Shown here: one piece after another, positions 43,393-57,202 of the stretch
Numbering within the stretch: position 1 is the first letter of the stretch
Layout of the letters: the number at the start of each line of letters is the position of its first letter
NCBI RefSeq assembly: GCF_009914755.1
Contig: NC_060926.1
From: the human T2T-CHM13v2.0 reference genome, Homo sapiens
Direction: 5' to 3' (one strand)
DNA length: 64,000 nucleotides
Notes under the pieces: model-generated
What the model was told of the DNA's origin: nothing
Seen by the model: only the letters and a program-made list of their open reading frames with translations
Databases searched by the model: none
Made by a program: the position numbers and the translations under genes

Positions 43393-44618
43393 CTGTCAAG
43401 ATTGAATTGGTAAGAACAACAATCTAGAAAACTCATGAAAAAGTAAACAACTGAAACTTTCTACTATGTGCCACAGCAATTATTTATTTACAAATTCTAA
43501 TCCAGGTTGTCTCTGATTTATAAACATTTAATTTTTACCCATGGTGTAGTGACCACTGTAATCCCTGAGCAGGAAAAGGAAAACTGGACTTAGGAGTTCG
43601 GTAGTAATGAAAGAAAGGCATTGTGAAAGGCAGAAATGACCTACAACATGTTGTCACTCTGCAAAACAGTCTGAGAATAGGTATTCACTAATAGCACAAA
43701 AGAAAATACACACAAATATCTCATTTCTGAATGTTACATTTTGATATAATGCCTGAAAATTTACTCTTTGAAGATTCACATGGTATAACATGCATTCCTG
43801 TTTAAAAATATAAATACTTATGAGATGTTAAGAGGCATAAAATTAGTTAAATCAAATTAATTGCTTTGATTCCAGTTCTTAGGTGGCATGAAAATGGGAA
43901 TTTTTATTGAGACTATTACGGAAGTAACATGGACTGTGGAGTACTTTGTGGGTAGAGTACATGTGTACGGGGCTGCACTCTGCGCTCTGGCCAAAAGGGT
44001 TAGCAAAATGGAAACCTGAGGCTGGAGAAGAGGTTGATATACAGGTGACAAAACAAAGAAATGGAGGTAGGTGGAGTTTAAAGCCAAAACATTTTATTTT
44101 GGAATTTTGTCTTGTGTTAAATTATACTATGAGTAGTATTGTGGCAGTGGAATATTATTAATAATGGTGATTCCAAAACACATTTTTCATGCTGTGAGTA
44201 ATATTGGGTAAAGATACATAATGTTCATATTTGATTTTATACTAGTAGCTATACCACTGTGTGCTTTAGAACAGAGCACAATTTAGGAGTAAAACAGAAA
44301 ATCAGTATAGTTAAAGCAGCACTGAGATGTTTGTGTATACACATACACATGCACACATATACCTATATATGTTGAAGTCAAATGAAGTGTTCTTAGATCT
44401 CATGAAATAGGGCCAATATTTAAGTTACTCATATAAAAATGGCCTATAACTGTCAGAGGAAAACAAGTTGTAATGGTGACACTTGTACATTTAACATGAA
44501 TATTAAGAAATGTATAAAGATTCAGTCAATTGACTGACATACTGGATATGGAACATATACATTTTGACAACTTATAATTCAAATTAGTTTCCTAGCAAGA
44601 TTAACAAAATTTTCTTAC

Positions 44619-44724
44619 CATTTTTCAGATGCTTTGATCTTTCACCTCCATAGAACATTTCTTCTTCTTCAGAGATAGCAATATCAACAGTACTGCATTC
44701 AGATGAGCTAGATTGCTTTATTTT
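44619..44724 (-). CDS. SCN7A: SCN7A exon, DII-III linker (KIKQSSSSECSTVDIAISEEEEMFYGGERSKHLKN)
   Basis: 106 nt with AG/GT ends; SSSE-STVD motif homologous to other Nav channels; phase matches both neighbours. Confidence 0.93.
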
Positions 44725-47700
44725 CTAAAAGGTGAAGTCCCACCAAAAAAGTTGTGATTAAAGTTTCATTTACCCATGGTGGCCAAAGTTTATTTCATTT
44801 TCAGAAGTAAGAAAAATTTTGTACAGAAATAATATTATTAGGTTTAAAAGACTTAAGGCCAATTTCATGACTGAGATTAAAATGCGTACATATTGGTAAG
44901 AGTTGAAGTTTAAAAAAATATTGTATGATACTTACTTTAAGCTAAAATAACATTTAGATTAAAATTCATGTTTAGTTTATAACACTTTGCTTCTTAAAGA
45001 TGTATAGGCTGTCTCCAATTCACAAAAGGATTGGGGTTCCAAAGTTTTCTTGGAGTAAGTCACAAGTTTCCCATATATGCTATTTCAATTAGATGAGTAG
45101 AATCAGAACAAATCATCCCTTGATGCTAAAGATGGGTAGATAATAGTGCACCTAGGTTTCATTGTAAAATTCAGTCCAGATGGTCTTATGTATGTCATCA
45201 CAGGATGGGATTTATCATGAAGTAAAATGAGGGAAAGGCACAAGAAATAGGGACAAGAACAGGCCTGGGAAAGGGGCACAGCCTTATGAAAAGCACCCAG
45301 ATGCAGAATTGACCTTCTTTCTAACTCTGCTTTTGACTGAAGTTCAAGGCTGGGTAGAATAAGGTGGTCATTGCTTTACATAGGTAATAGTGCTAATGAT
45401 ACTCTTTGCCTTTATTTAAAATTATTTTCTCACAATACTTTATTTTACCTTATTTTAAAATAAGGATACCGTAAATCATTCTTTAAAATCACCAAGATCT
45501 AAGGTTAATAGCATATAAGTAATATTTTCTAATTAAAACAAAAATTAAGGCAAGCGCATTTTAACATTTGGAATGAAACCAATCTTATTTCATAAAAATT
45601 AAGAAAAAAATCTAGGTAGACGGCCAAAAAACCAGAGAAATTGTCAATATTTTGTCCTACCTCTTAGACTTATACACAGTAAGTGTCAAGGAAATATAAT
45701 TAGAAAGCTTTTTTTGCTTTAGTTCTTACGTGGTCAGTTGTCAGTAAATCATTATAGTGCTCAAATAAAAAAAGTAAAGTATCCAGCAGAATATTATTCT
45801 TACACAGATATTTTTATTTCCATTACTTTTATATATTCTTTATTTATTTCTAATGAAATAAAATCTGTAGCAATATATTTATTTGAGACTAGGCATTAAG
45901 TAATTTAAACATAATATTTGACAGTAATTAAAATTATACATCATAAATTTATATTTTTAAAGAGTTGTAAAAAGCCTTGTACATATCCTATTTGATGTGA
46001 TTTTTCCAAAATACCGGTGAGTAGGTATTTTTCTAATTTTACAAATAAATCAATTAAGACTCAAATTATAAATCATTTATTTTGATAAAAGATTATTTAA
46101 TGGCATAAAGTGACCATGATATACTTCTGCATTACAAAAAATACAAGTTACAAAACACGATGTAAATTTTGATGTTATTTTTATAATATGTAAATATATA
46201 TGCATATTTTTAATAAAAATAGGCTGGAAGTACAAATAGCAAAGAAACAAGACAGTGTATCTCTGAATTATCAGATCATTTATAATATTTTTGTGTTTTA
46301 TTTTTGGCTGTGGGTATATCAATATCCTAAGTAGTCATGGGCTACATAATCTAGAAAGCATCTAACTAAATATGTAACTAAATATATAAATAAATGAATA
46401 CATCTTTTGTGAGTAGTTAATCAACCAGCAAGACCAAATAACTATGCAGCATAAATAAAAACTGCAATTTCAATATTTACAGTTATTTTAAGTTACAGCT
46501 TTCCTATGTATTTTCATACTCCAGAATTTCTAAGGAGATTAGCATGAAGTTTTCAGGGACACTCCAACATGCTGTGCTGTGGTAAATAGCAATTTCACCC
46601 AGAAATGGATAGTAATCCAAATCTTTAACGAAGATTGAGAAGTGTGCTGAGTAAGAATTTATGCCTGTTTTATAGCAATGGTATTAATTTAAAAGGTAAA
46701 TGAATCTTAGACTATTGGGCATGTGGATTAAAAATGTCTCTCTAACTAAAATAAAGATGGCTTTAGTAGGTGATGGAAGGACCTTGGATAATTGAAACTG
46801 AATTCCTCTTAGAAGACAATTTGTGAAGTTATTGTAGAGAGCATCTGCCAAAACAGAAGAGGTCTGGGAGACAAGATGGTGCCACAGATGATGGGGACCT
46901 GTAAAGACACATTCCCCGACCCTCCAGTGCCCCTGAGTGATCTGAAATGATTCCCTAGTGGGGTCCAAGGTAAAAAGCCCTTGTGCAGATGTGATCTCTG
47001 TAGGTGTAGCTTTCTATGAAGTTACACCTCCTTCTAAAACACAAGCTGCTTGCAAATGGAGACAATAAGACTGTTTCCAGTAGGGTGTATATTTTAGAAG
47101 CTAAGTGAACAGCAGTATCTACCCTTCTTTGAATGCGACTCTGATTTTTTTTTAAAGCCAGTGCGTTATAAAGCTACCAACTGTTCAAAATTCAAACTGG
47201 GAGGTTTTAAAAATTCCTTTAGTCCAACTTAATTATAATGTCCAAATATGGGCAGAAATGATCTGATTCAAATCTTAGAATTTTAGCAAGCAAGAAGGAA
47301 TTGTAGCACTCTTCTAATTCAATCTCCCATTTTAAGATTATAAAGCCCATGGAAATTTAGTGATTTGTTAAATCATACACCTTGATTTAGAAAACTTTGG
47401 TTTCCTCAGTATACTTTTCAGCACCCTCAAACTGCCTGGTTATTAATTTATAGAATGTCACAATTATATCATCTAATGTTTCCTAAGTGCTTACTCTTTA
47501 CTAGGTATTGTTCTATGCACTATTACCTCCCCCCCTCCATGGACTAAATACCATTTTAGCCTCATTTAAATATGAGAAAACTGAAGCTTGGAAAGTTTAA
47601 GTAATTTGATCAAAAGCATAAAGTCAGAGGCTAAGAGTGATGGAGCTAGGAGTGATGGAGTTAGAATTGAGTGGATAATCTGGCTGTGGAACTTCGGCGC

Positions 47701-47767
47701 TGATTTACTTCCTTATCAACAATACTATAAATCACCACTAAGCAATCAGGATATTTAAACATCTTAC

Positions 47768-48202
47768 CTCTTTGCTGCCTCCATCACCAGACTTACTCTG
47801 AATCTCCTTATTATCCAGATTTTCTATATCAGATTCTCCTGAAGCAATTGGTACAGTTTCTGAGACACTAGGACTGGGGATAAGTGATTGGCTCTCATTT
47901 TCAGTAGCGTTTTTCTCTGTGCCACTGCTTTTTTCCTTATCTTTGAGAAAATCTTGGGTGTTGCTCAATTCAGAAAGGGTATGGTCAGAAATATCTTCTT
48001 TAACATATACCTCATTTACATGGTCCATTGTGTCCTTTGGGACATTTTGTGTTTTGCATAGTATTTTAAGAAGCACATAGTTTATTCCTTTTTTAATTCT
48101 TGCCACTGCAAGCTGGAGATTTTTTGCTTCATTATTCTCTTCAGCTGTTACATCCTTGCATGAACTAAATGAGCTCACCAATGCCAGAAACAGGTAAAGT
48201 AC
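47768..48202 (-). CDS. SCN7A: SCN7A exon, DII S6 end and DII-III linker with ankyrin-binding-type motif VPIASGESD
   Basis: 435 nt with AG/GT ends; matches ORF 47738..48181. Confidence 0.95.
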
Positions 48203-48284
48203 CTAAATAAGGAAGTAAAATGAGGCTAAATGTATCTCATTTTGTTTCATTTTAAGTAATGAAAAGTTTGTTTACAAAACTGAT

Positions 48285-48800
48285 GAGAACATTTAATATC
48301 TACTCTGTTAGCATTTTTCAAGAATACAATATATTGTAATTAATAACTGTAGTCACCATGCTGTACAATGCATCTTTTGAACTTATTCTTCCTATTTAAC
48401 TGTAATTATGTGTCCTTTGATCAACAGCTCCTCAATCTCCACTTTCCCCTAACCACCCCAGCTTCTGGTAACCATCATTCTGCTCTCTACTTCCAGAGTG
48501 TGAAAGAACACTTAACCCATTTATGCCTAGTGTTCCATTATTGGAAGGCTAAGCTTGTGGGAGTTATTTATATCCTACTGCTCAAGGTCATCGCCAAGGT
48601 CGACTTTTCACACAAAAATTGCAACTTCTGGCATAAATGGGTTAAGTGTTCTCACCATAAAAATGATAACCATGTGAAGTAATGCATTTGTTAATTAGCT
48701 ATATTTAGCCATTCCACAATGTATGTCTACTTCAAAACATTACCTTGTACACCATAAATACATACAATTTTATACATTAACTTAAAAAATAAATTTGACT
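48285..48800. mobile_element. L1MA 3' end in two opposite orientations (inverted structure)
   Basis: 48285-48495 is antisense and 48646-48795 is sense L1MA 3' UTR; both contain the ttaa(a/g)tgttctca segment. Confidence 0.7.
48516..48641 (+). mobile_element. MER85 (piggyBac PGBD3-derived MITE)
   Basis: TIRs CCCATTTATGCC and GGCATAAATGGG, TTAA TSDs at 48512-48515 and 48642-48645, internal palindrome GTTCCATTATTGGAA. Confidence 0.92.
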
Positions 48801-51610
48801 AAAAAAGGCTGACCTGAGATTTGAAAATGAAGCATATGAACTACAATACTATTCAGTTCTTATCCACCTACCACAGTGTGTCAGGTGCTGTGCTAGGGAT
48901 TTGTATAGCAAGAATTTATTTTAAGCTCATGACATCCTATGCAATATGATTTGTTTCTCTTTTACAGATGAAAAAGGCAAGGTTTACAGATGTCAAATAT
49001 CAAACGATCAAAGGTTACATAGATTAGACCCAAGTCTGCTTTATTCCAAAGCTTATTTTCTCACTGAGTCAAGCTGTCTCACCCAAGGTGAGCAAATAAG
49101 TTGTTTTTCCAGGCAGCTCACTTCCCTTCAGCCCTGTTCCAGGAAAACATGTAAGAATTCTGCAAACCCAGGAAGAATTATATGGGGAAAGAGCTACCCA
49201 GGGTCCTGCATACCATATCTAATGGCTTTTGTGGGATGAAAACACAGATGCTAGGAAGGTTAGTTGATTATCTGCTGTAGTAAATTTGGTCAAATAAGAA
49301 ACAGATGAGTGATGGAAGACTCATTCCTAACACTTGTAACTTATTTTTAACTCAAAGATAGTGTATATTTTGACTTTTACTATCACTTAGAAGTATGATC
49401 AAGTACTGATCACTTTCCAGAGAATCAGATTTTAAACTTGTTTATAATTGTAAGGCATATATTATAGTTTTGGATAATTAGGCTGACTATTTGTGTGTAC
49501 ATAAAATAAGTATGTGAGCATCTCCAAAGACTCATATTTTGAAACTTTTTTCAAAATTTTAGATCTATGTGAACAGTTGAGTTTCTCAAACACTCCAATA
49601 ATTACTCTTTTTCTCATGGACATGCACATCTGGGATAATAGTGTTTAATCCTAATGGGTTACATTTACTTCTCTCTATCTAGATCTTCCTATTTCTTAGG
49701 AATACAGAAGGTTCAAATAAAACTTGTATAGAAAAATCAAAGTATTTTTCAGTGAATAAAGTCATCAAATAGATAATCTTATCCATAGTTTTAGCATAGC
49801 AATAAAATTTTGGTTATAAGATATATCAATATGGGAAATGTTTTGTGGGTGAGAGCATCTGAAAAACTGGCAAATATCTTTTATAATCCACAATGAAAGA
49901 TTCTCAGAAGAGAAAAATTAAAACAGAAAGGACAATGATCAAATGCTAATAGCTTCAGAAATAAAGAAATAAAGCAGACTTAGGTCTAATCTATGTAACC
50001 TTTGATCCTTTCTGTTCTCCCACTAGCGTCTCCTTTGGCAATGAGGTTTACTTATAGATAATCTAGGCAGGACCTCCATGGCTCCCATAGGAGCCACACT
50101 ATTAGCAACTCTATGATTCTCAAAGGACAACAGTTTCCTGATATAAGATGGTGAGACCAGATATAATTTAAGATAGTCAGTTGTTTCCTTTTCTTCTATT
50201 GTTTGGCTAAGTATTAGGCACAGTGTGAAATAACAGAAGGCTGTTAGTGTGTTTCATGACTGTAAGCTTCATATGAACAAAAACCATGTTTTCTCTTAAT
50301 TAGACAACCAGCACACTGCTAGGCACAAAATAGGTAATAAACAAATATTTATTTTAAAAAATAATTGATTATAGAAAGAATAAAAAATAGATTTTGTGCT
50401 AGGATTTGAACAAGAAAAAGTTTATGCTATATTAATCATATTTTAAGGAAATTACATCAAAGATTTCTTATATCTTAGACATACATGCACACAAATATAC
50501 ACACATACATTCATATATCTATATATATATAGTGAAAATGTTCAAAGCCTAAAAATGAACGTAATCTTAAAAGTGCTAAGTGCTCTGAAACTGTAGTATA
50601 AGATAAGAATTTTATAACACTAAGAAATGCTACTGCTTTGTTCAGATGTGGTCTGAATTAAAAATAGCCTACTCTCTTTAAGGATTTAAAGGAAAAGACA
50701 GGCTGTGTAAGTGGCGCAAGTTACAGAGAACTGATTACTACTTCTAATTTGAGCATTAACAAAAAAGAGAGCAGAAAATGCAGAGATTTGTATTATATAA
50801 ACTCAGAGTAACTTTATTCTAGTCACAGAATCTGTAACCAGATTAAAAACATATATTTATTATTTTTGCGTTGAGAGAAAAGGTGAAATAGTGTGTATAA
50901 AACAAAACTTTTTAAAAAATTCCCCTGAATTTTGTTTTCTTGCCCCTCAAAGATATCCACATATTGAGTGAGAATTGAGCAACTCATAGCAAAATCAAGC
51001 AGCATGAAAGAGGAAGAAAGTTCAAGATTTAAGTAAGTACTTTCTGATTTGTAATCAACAAATAAACAGGTATGAAGGAATTTAACATGTATTGAGGCTA
51101 TTTAATTTTAAATTTCTTGAGTTACATCTTAACATATATTTAATTTGGGATTATACAAATATATATGGAATAACATATGTGTCTATGATCATATTTTTTA
51201 TTTTTAAAAGGCAACTGAATTTTGTATTAAGTTTTCTCTTTCTTTTATTTTCATGTTTCTATCCCTCAGTGTTTGGTTTATGTAACCAGTCAGGTACTAT
51301 ATTTCACTTGGTGACAATTACCTAAATCACAAGTAAAACACCAGGAATGAAATTAAAATTTGCTAACTAAAACTTGTTAATAATATTAAATAACTAAGAA
51401 AAATCTGGTAAAGATATAGGGGTTAAATTTTTCTGCAGTGTAAAGAAATGATTTATGTAATATATGAATTACTTATAGGGTGCTAAATGATTACATTTAA
51501 GTTATAATAACCCTATAAGGCAAGTATTGTTATGTTCATTCCTCCATTAAGTATGGTCAGGTTCAAAGAGGCTGCGTAATATGCACAAAGACACTTATTT
51601 ATTAAGTGAT

Positions 51611-53889
51611 TGAAATGGTTTGTCTTTGCTCCCATCCAAATCTCATCTTGAATTGTAGTTCTCATAATCCCCACATGTTGTGGGAGGGAATCGGTGGGAG
51701 GTAACTGAATCATGGGGGCAGTTACCTTCATGCTGTTCTCATGGTAGTGAGTTAATTCTCACAAGATCTGATGGTTTTATAAGGGGCTTACCCCACCTTC
51801 ACTCTGCACTTCTCCTTGCTGCTGCAATGTGAAGGACATGCCTGCTTCCTCTTCCACCGTGATTGTAAGTTTCCTGAGGCCTCCCAAGCCCTGTGGAACC
51901 GTGAGTCAGTTAAACCTCTTTCTTTTGTAAATTATCCAGCCTTGGTTACACCCTTATTAGCATCATGACAATGGACTAATACAGTAAATTGATACTGCAG
52001 AGAATGGGGCACTGCTGTAAAGATATCCAAAAATGTGGAAGTGACTTTGGAGCTGGGTAACAGGCAGATGTTGGAACAGTTTGGAGGGCTCAGAAGAAGA
52101 CAGCAAGATGTGGGAAGTTTGGAACTTCCTAGAGACTTGTTGAATGGTCTTAACAAAATGCTGATAGTGATATGGACAATAAAGTTCAGGCTGAGGTGGT
52201 CTCAGATGGATATGAGGAACTTGTTGAGAACTGGAGCAAAAGTGACTCCTTTAGCTGTGCTTTAGCAAAGAGACTGGTGGCTTTCTGCCCTTTCCCTAGA
52301 GATCTGTGGAACTTTGAACTTGAGAGAGATGATTTCGGGTATCTGGCAGAAGAAATTTCTAAGTGGCAAAGTGTTCAAGAAGCAGAGCATAAAAATTTGT
52401 AAAATTTGCAGCCTGATGATGCAGTAGAAAAGAAAAACCAATTTTCTGGAGAGAAATTCAAGCTGGCTGCATAAATTTGCACAAGTAATGAGGAGCCAAA
52501 TATTAATCACCAAGGCAATGGGGATAATGTCTCCAGGGCATGTCAGAGACCTTGGCAGCAGCCCCTCTCATAACAGGGCATAGGCCTAGGAGGAAAAAAT
52601 GGTTTTGGAGTCTGGGCCCAGGGTCCCCCTGCTGTGTGCAGCCTAGGGACCTGGTGCCCAGTGTCCCAGCTGTCCCAGCTGTGGCCAAAAGGGGCCAAGG
52701 TATAGCTTAGGCCATCACTTCGGAGTGTGCAAGCCCCAAGCCTGAGCAACTTCCATGTGGTGTTGAGCCTGCTGGTGCAAAGAAGTCAAGAACTGAGATT
52801 TGGGAATCTCCACCAAGATTACAGAGGATGTATGGAAATGCCTGGATGTCCAGGCAGAAGTTTGCTACAGGGGCAGAGCTCTCATGGAGAACCTCTGCTA
52901 TGGCAGTGTGGAAAAGAAATGTAGGGTTGGAGCCCCCACACAGAGTCCCCACTGGGGCACTGCCTAGTGGAGCTGTGAGAAGAGGGTCACTGTCCTCCAG
53001 ACCCCATAATGGTAGACACACTGACAGCCTGCACTGCACCTGGAAAAGCCATAGGCACTTAACACCGGCCTGTGAAGGCAGCTGGGATCGGGGCTGTACC
53101 CTACAAAGACACAGGGATGGAGCTATCCAAGGCCATGGGAACCCACCTCTTCCATCAGCATGCCCTGGATGTGAGGCATAGAGTAAAAGGAGATCATTTT
53201 GGAACTTTAAGGTTTAGTGACTGCCCTATTGGATTTCAGACTTGCATGGTGGCTGTACCCCTTTGTTTTTGTCAGTGTCTCCCATTTGGAATGGGTGTGT
53301 TTATCCAATGCCTTACCCACATTGTATCTAGTAAGTAACTTACTTGCTTTTGATTTTACAGGCTCATAGGTGGAAGGGACTTATCTCAGATGAGACTTTG
53401 GACTTGGACTTTTAAGTTAATGCTGGGATGAATTAAGACTTTGGGGGACTTTTGGAAAGGCACGATAGTGTTTTGAAATGTGAGGATATGAGATTTGGGA
53501 AGGGCCAGGGGTGGAATGATATTGCTTGGCTGTGTCTCCACCCAAATCTCATCTTGAATTGTAGTTTCCATAATCCTCATGTGTTATGGGAGGGACTTGG
53601 TGGGAAGTAATTGAATCATGATGATGGTTACCTCCATGCTATTCTCATGATAGTGAGTGAGTTCTCAGAAGATCTGATGGTTTTATAAGGGGCTTTCCCC
53701 TGCTTCACTATGCACTTCTCCTTGCTGCCATCATGTGAAGAAGAGCATGCCTGCTTCCCCTTCTGCCATGATTGTAAGTTTCCTGAGGTCTTCACCCTAT
53801 GTAAATGTGAGTCAATTAAACCTCTTTACTTTATAAATTATCCAGTGTCAGGTATGTCTTTATTAGCAGCATGAGAGTGGACTAATACA
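51611..53889 (+). mobile_element. Full-length THE1 (MaLR) element: LTR 51611-51983, internal region, LTR 53517-53889
   Basis: Two homologous TG...CA LTRs, purine tract before the 3' LTR, MaLR-internal ORF remnants, 5 bp TSD GTGAT at 51606-51610 and 53890-53894. Confidence 0.93.
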
Positions 53890-54422
53890 GTGATAGAACT
53901 GAAATTTGAACCTATGTTTCTTTGATTCTGAACTCTGCTTTTTCTACAACTCAACAAGACAGAACTATTTAAAAACCAATTCATTTCCTTTGACATATAA
54001 TAATTTTTTGTAAGGTTTCTGCTTAAGGCTTAATATCACTGCTGAGTTTTCTTAGAAGAGTAAGACAAAATTAATTTTTTAAAATGTGAAATGTCTTCCT
54101 TTTACACCAACCCACATTAGAAGTGTGGAGGTTAAAAAGATCAACAGCTTCAAAGATTATCTCCTTACATTTTTCCCCCTTCTACTTATTCTACTGCCAT
54201 TATCATGATGTTTCACAGTTGGATGACTGCTGAGGAAAATTAAGCTGGAAGGATTTAGTGAGCCAAGAAATATGATGGCCAATGAATTGGAAATGGAGGT
54301 TCATGTAACTCCATTTATCCTAGAATCCCTCTGCACATTGATGAAGTTTCTGGTTAGTAGAAACAACAAAAAATAGAAAGAGATTGGAGTTCAAAATCAA
54401 AGAAGCAGGAATGTTTAGGCAA

Positions 54423-54491
54423 ATATATATATATATATTTATATGTTATATCATACATATATGTATATATACATACACACACATACATATA

Positions 54492-54528
<37 letters not shown>
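54423..54528. repeat. Compound (TA)n/(CA)n/(TG)n microsatellite
   Basis: Directly visible. Confidence 0.85.
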
Positions 54529-54529
<1 letters not shown>

Positions 54530-55596
54530 GCCTCAGTATTTCTGCTTCTTTCTCTTTGAATTATGTGAATGTGTGTGTTGTTGTTGCTTTCCTCAACAGC
54601 CATAACTCTTCCTTTTGGAAACAGAAACATAAAATTTATTTAGGAAATTACACTTATCCTCTTATTAGTCATAGGATTTGTGTTTGATCTTATCCCATCT
54701 CCAGCTGTAAGAGAGAGCTATGAACAGTTTAACATAATAAATGCATTCCACACCCTGGGCAATGGAGATTAGTTAAGAATGGGCATGTGATTCAGCTAAT
54801 GAGATAATAGGAAAAATCAACTGTGGCTTCTAGAAAAGAAATTCTTTCCTCTATTAGACTTGATATAATACAAAGATATGAGGCTTTAGACTGCAGCAGC
54901 CATCTTGATAAAACAGAAGATACTAGCTAGCAAAGAGCACAGAGAAAAACAGAATTGAGATCTACAAAGACCTCTCTGTAATGATCCCATTTAATCATTT
55001 GTGTCACATCCAAACTGAAGCAAGATCTATCTCTGATATTTTGAGTTATGAGTTATGTATGCTGATATATATGATCATTTTTTTGTTTCAGCCAGTTAGA
55101 GTGGTGTTTTTTATCACTGGGAATGAAAAGTGTACTACTGTAACTACAAAGGGCAGAAGATATTGAAGTATTTTTTACATGTTGGGCACCGTTCTAGGTT
55201 TTGTAATAAAGAGGAGAGCTATGGTCCTTTCCCTCATGGTGCTTACAGTTTAATAAAGAAGATAGAGAAGTACACTAACAATTAAATACAATGCCAATGT
55301 GATAATTGTATGACAAGGGTCTTCTCAAGGTGAAACACAAGCAATGTGGACAGGTAAAATTGAGTCTAACCTGCGATTTTTTTTCAGTCTTTTGGGAAAT
55401 GTACTTGATCTTTATGACATGAGTAAAAAGAAAATACCAAGTCTTGTATTCCTGTAAGAATCATGTTTTAATAAGCCATACCTTTTCCATAGATGCAGTG
55501 AAAGCTACTTATTTAATTCATTAGAACCACTTCAGTTATTAGGAAACTTATAAGTGAAAGCTTTCTCTCTTAGTTAATGCATAACATTTTTATAGA

Positions 55597-56750
55597 CCAG
55601 GGGTTTTCAATCTTGACTACACAATTTAATCAACTGAAGATTTTCAAAAAATCCTGATGACCAGGTCATGTCCACATACCAATAAAATCAGAATCTCTAA
55701 GAATGGATTCTAGGCATCAGCATATTTTTATTAATTCCCCAGGTAATTCCAAAGCCAGGAAAAGACTGACAGCAGTGTTACATTTAAGTGCTTCTTAAAA
55801 TTTAATGGGCACACAAATCACCTGGGAACAGTGTTACAATGTAGATTACGCTTGCATAGGTCTGGGATTGGGGTCTGGGAGTCTGCATTTCTAACCACCT
55901 CCCACGTGATGCCAATATTACATTGAGTAACAAGGTTAGAAGCTAGTGCTATCTAATGGAAATATGATGCAATCATATATGCGATTTTACATTTCCAGTG
56001 GCCACATAGAAAGCACAGAAAAACAGGCAAAATTAATTTTACTAATACATTTTATTTAACAAATATATTTAGTTAAATACAATATACAATTTGTATACAA
56101 TAAATACAAACATTTATATTTAACTAAATATATATTTAACTAAATACAAATAAATAAAGGGAGACTATTGTATTTGTATTTAACAGTATTTGTATTTAGT
56201 TAAATACAAATACAGTAGTCCCCCTTAATCCAGGGCAGATAAATCCCAAGACCCCCAGTGGATGCCAGAAGCAGAGGATGGTACCAAACCCCATGCGTAC
56301 TACATGATCTGACAGCCCAGACAGCTGCTAAAGGACCAATAGGTGGTGTATACAGCATGAATATGCTAGACAAAGGGATGTTTCATGCCCAGAGCAGGAC
56401 AGAGTGGTATGGCAGGAGATTCCATTACACTACCCAGAATGACATGCAATTTAAAACTTATGAGTTTTATATTTCTGGAATTTTCCACTGGATGTTTTCA
56501 GACCATGGCTGACCACAGGCAACTGAAACCACATACAGTGCAACTGAGCATAAGGAGGACCTACTATATTATCATTAAAAAATGCATTCAATATAAAAAT
56601 TATTAATGAAATAGTTCACATCATTTTTTGTGTAAGACTTCAAATCTGGTGCATATTCTACATTTACAGCACATTTCAAATGGAACTAATCATATATCAG
56701 TTGATAATGGCCACATCTGGCTAGTGGGTTACTCTATTGGACTACCACAG
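55597..56750. mobile_element. Cluster of DNA-transposon MITEs: two MER5-like, and a MER3/33-like host with a nested Tigger2/MER2-like element (~56213-56566)
   Basis: caggggttttcaatcttgact; aatctgcatttctaac-like phrase; TIR CAGTAGTCCCCCTTA...TAAGGAGGACCTACTA. Confidence 0.65.
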
Positions 56751-56845
56751 TTACAGACCATTAGATCCCATCAATGCACATCATGAAAATACCAAACTAC
56801 CTTATACCAGTTTTCATGGAAAATGTAAAAGAATTGACTACTTAC

Positions 56846-57202
56846 CAGTAAATTTCCAATTAAAATGACCATCAGGTAAAAAGGAATACACCAGGATTGG
56901 CCTGCAACCTCCATACAGTCCCACAAGGTCTCTACCCACTCTCCACAGAGAATTCGGAACACATTCAGGAAGGAGTGGAAAAAGTCATGCATGTGCCAGC
57001 GTGGGAGTTGACAGTCTTTGTCTATGTGGCAGACAAATTCTTCATAATTCTTACCAAACAGCTTCATGCCGAATGCAGCAGAAAAGAAGATGAATGTGAA
57101 CAACAACAGGACCAAGTCTTTCAGGGCCACCCATGAGTTACTAAGAGACCACATCAAAATCTGGAATGTTGGCCAATACTTTCCCAACTTGAAAATTCTT
57201 AA
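56846..57202 (-). CDS. SCN7A: SCN7A exon, DII S4-S6 including the pore loop ([10 protein letters not shown]...[15 protein letters not shown]...IGNLL)
   Basis: 357 nt with AG/GT ends; matches ORF 56771..57187. Confidence 0.97.

Noticed and set aside
51932-53580. Dense cluster of overlapping ORFs
   Set aside because: Fragments of the THE1/MaLR internal region and LTRs, broken by stops and frameshifts.
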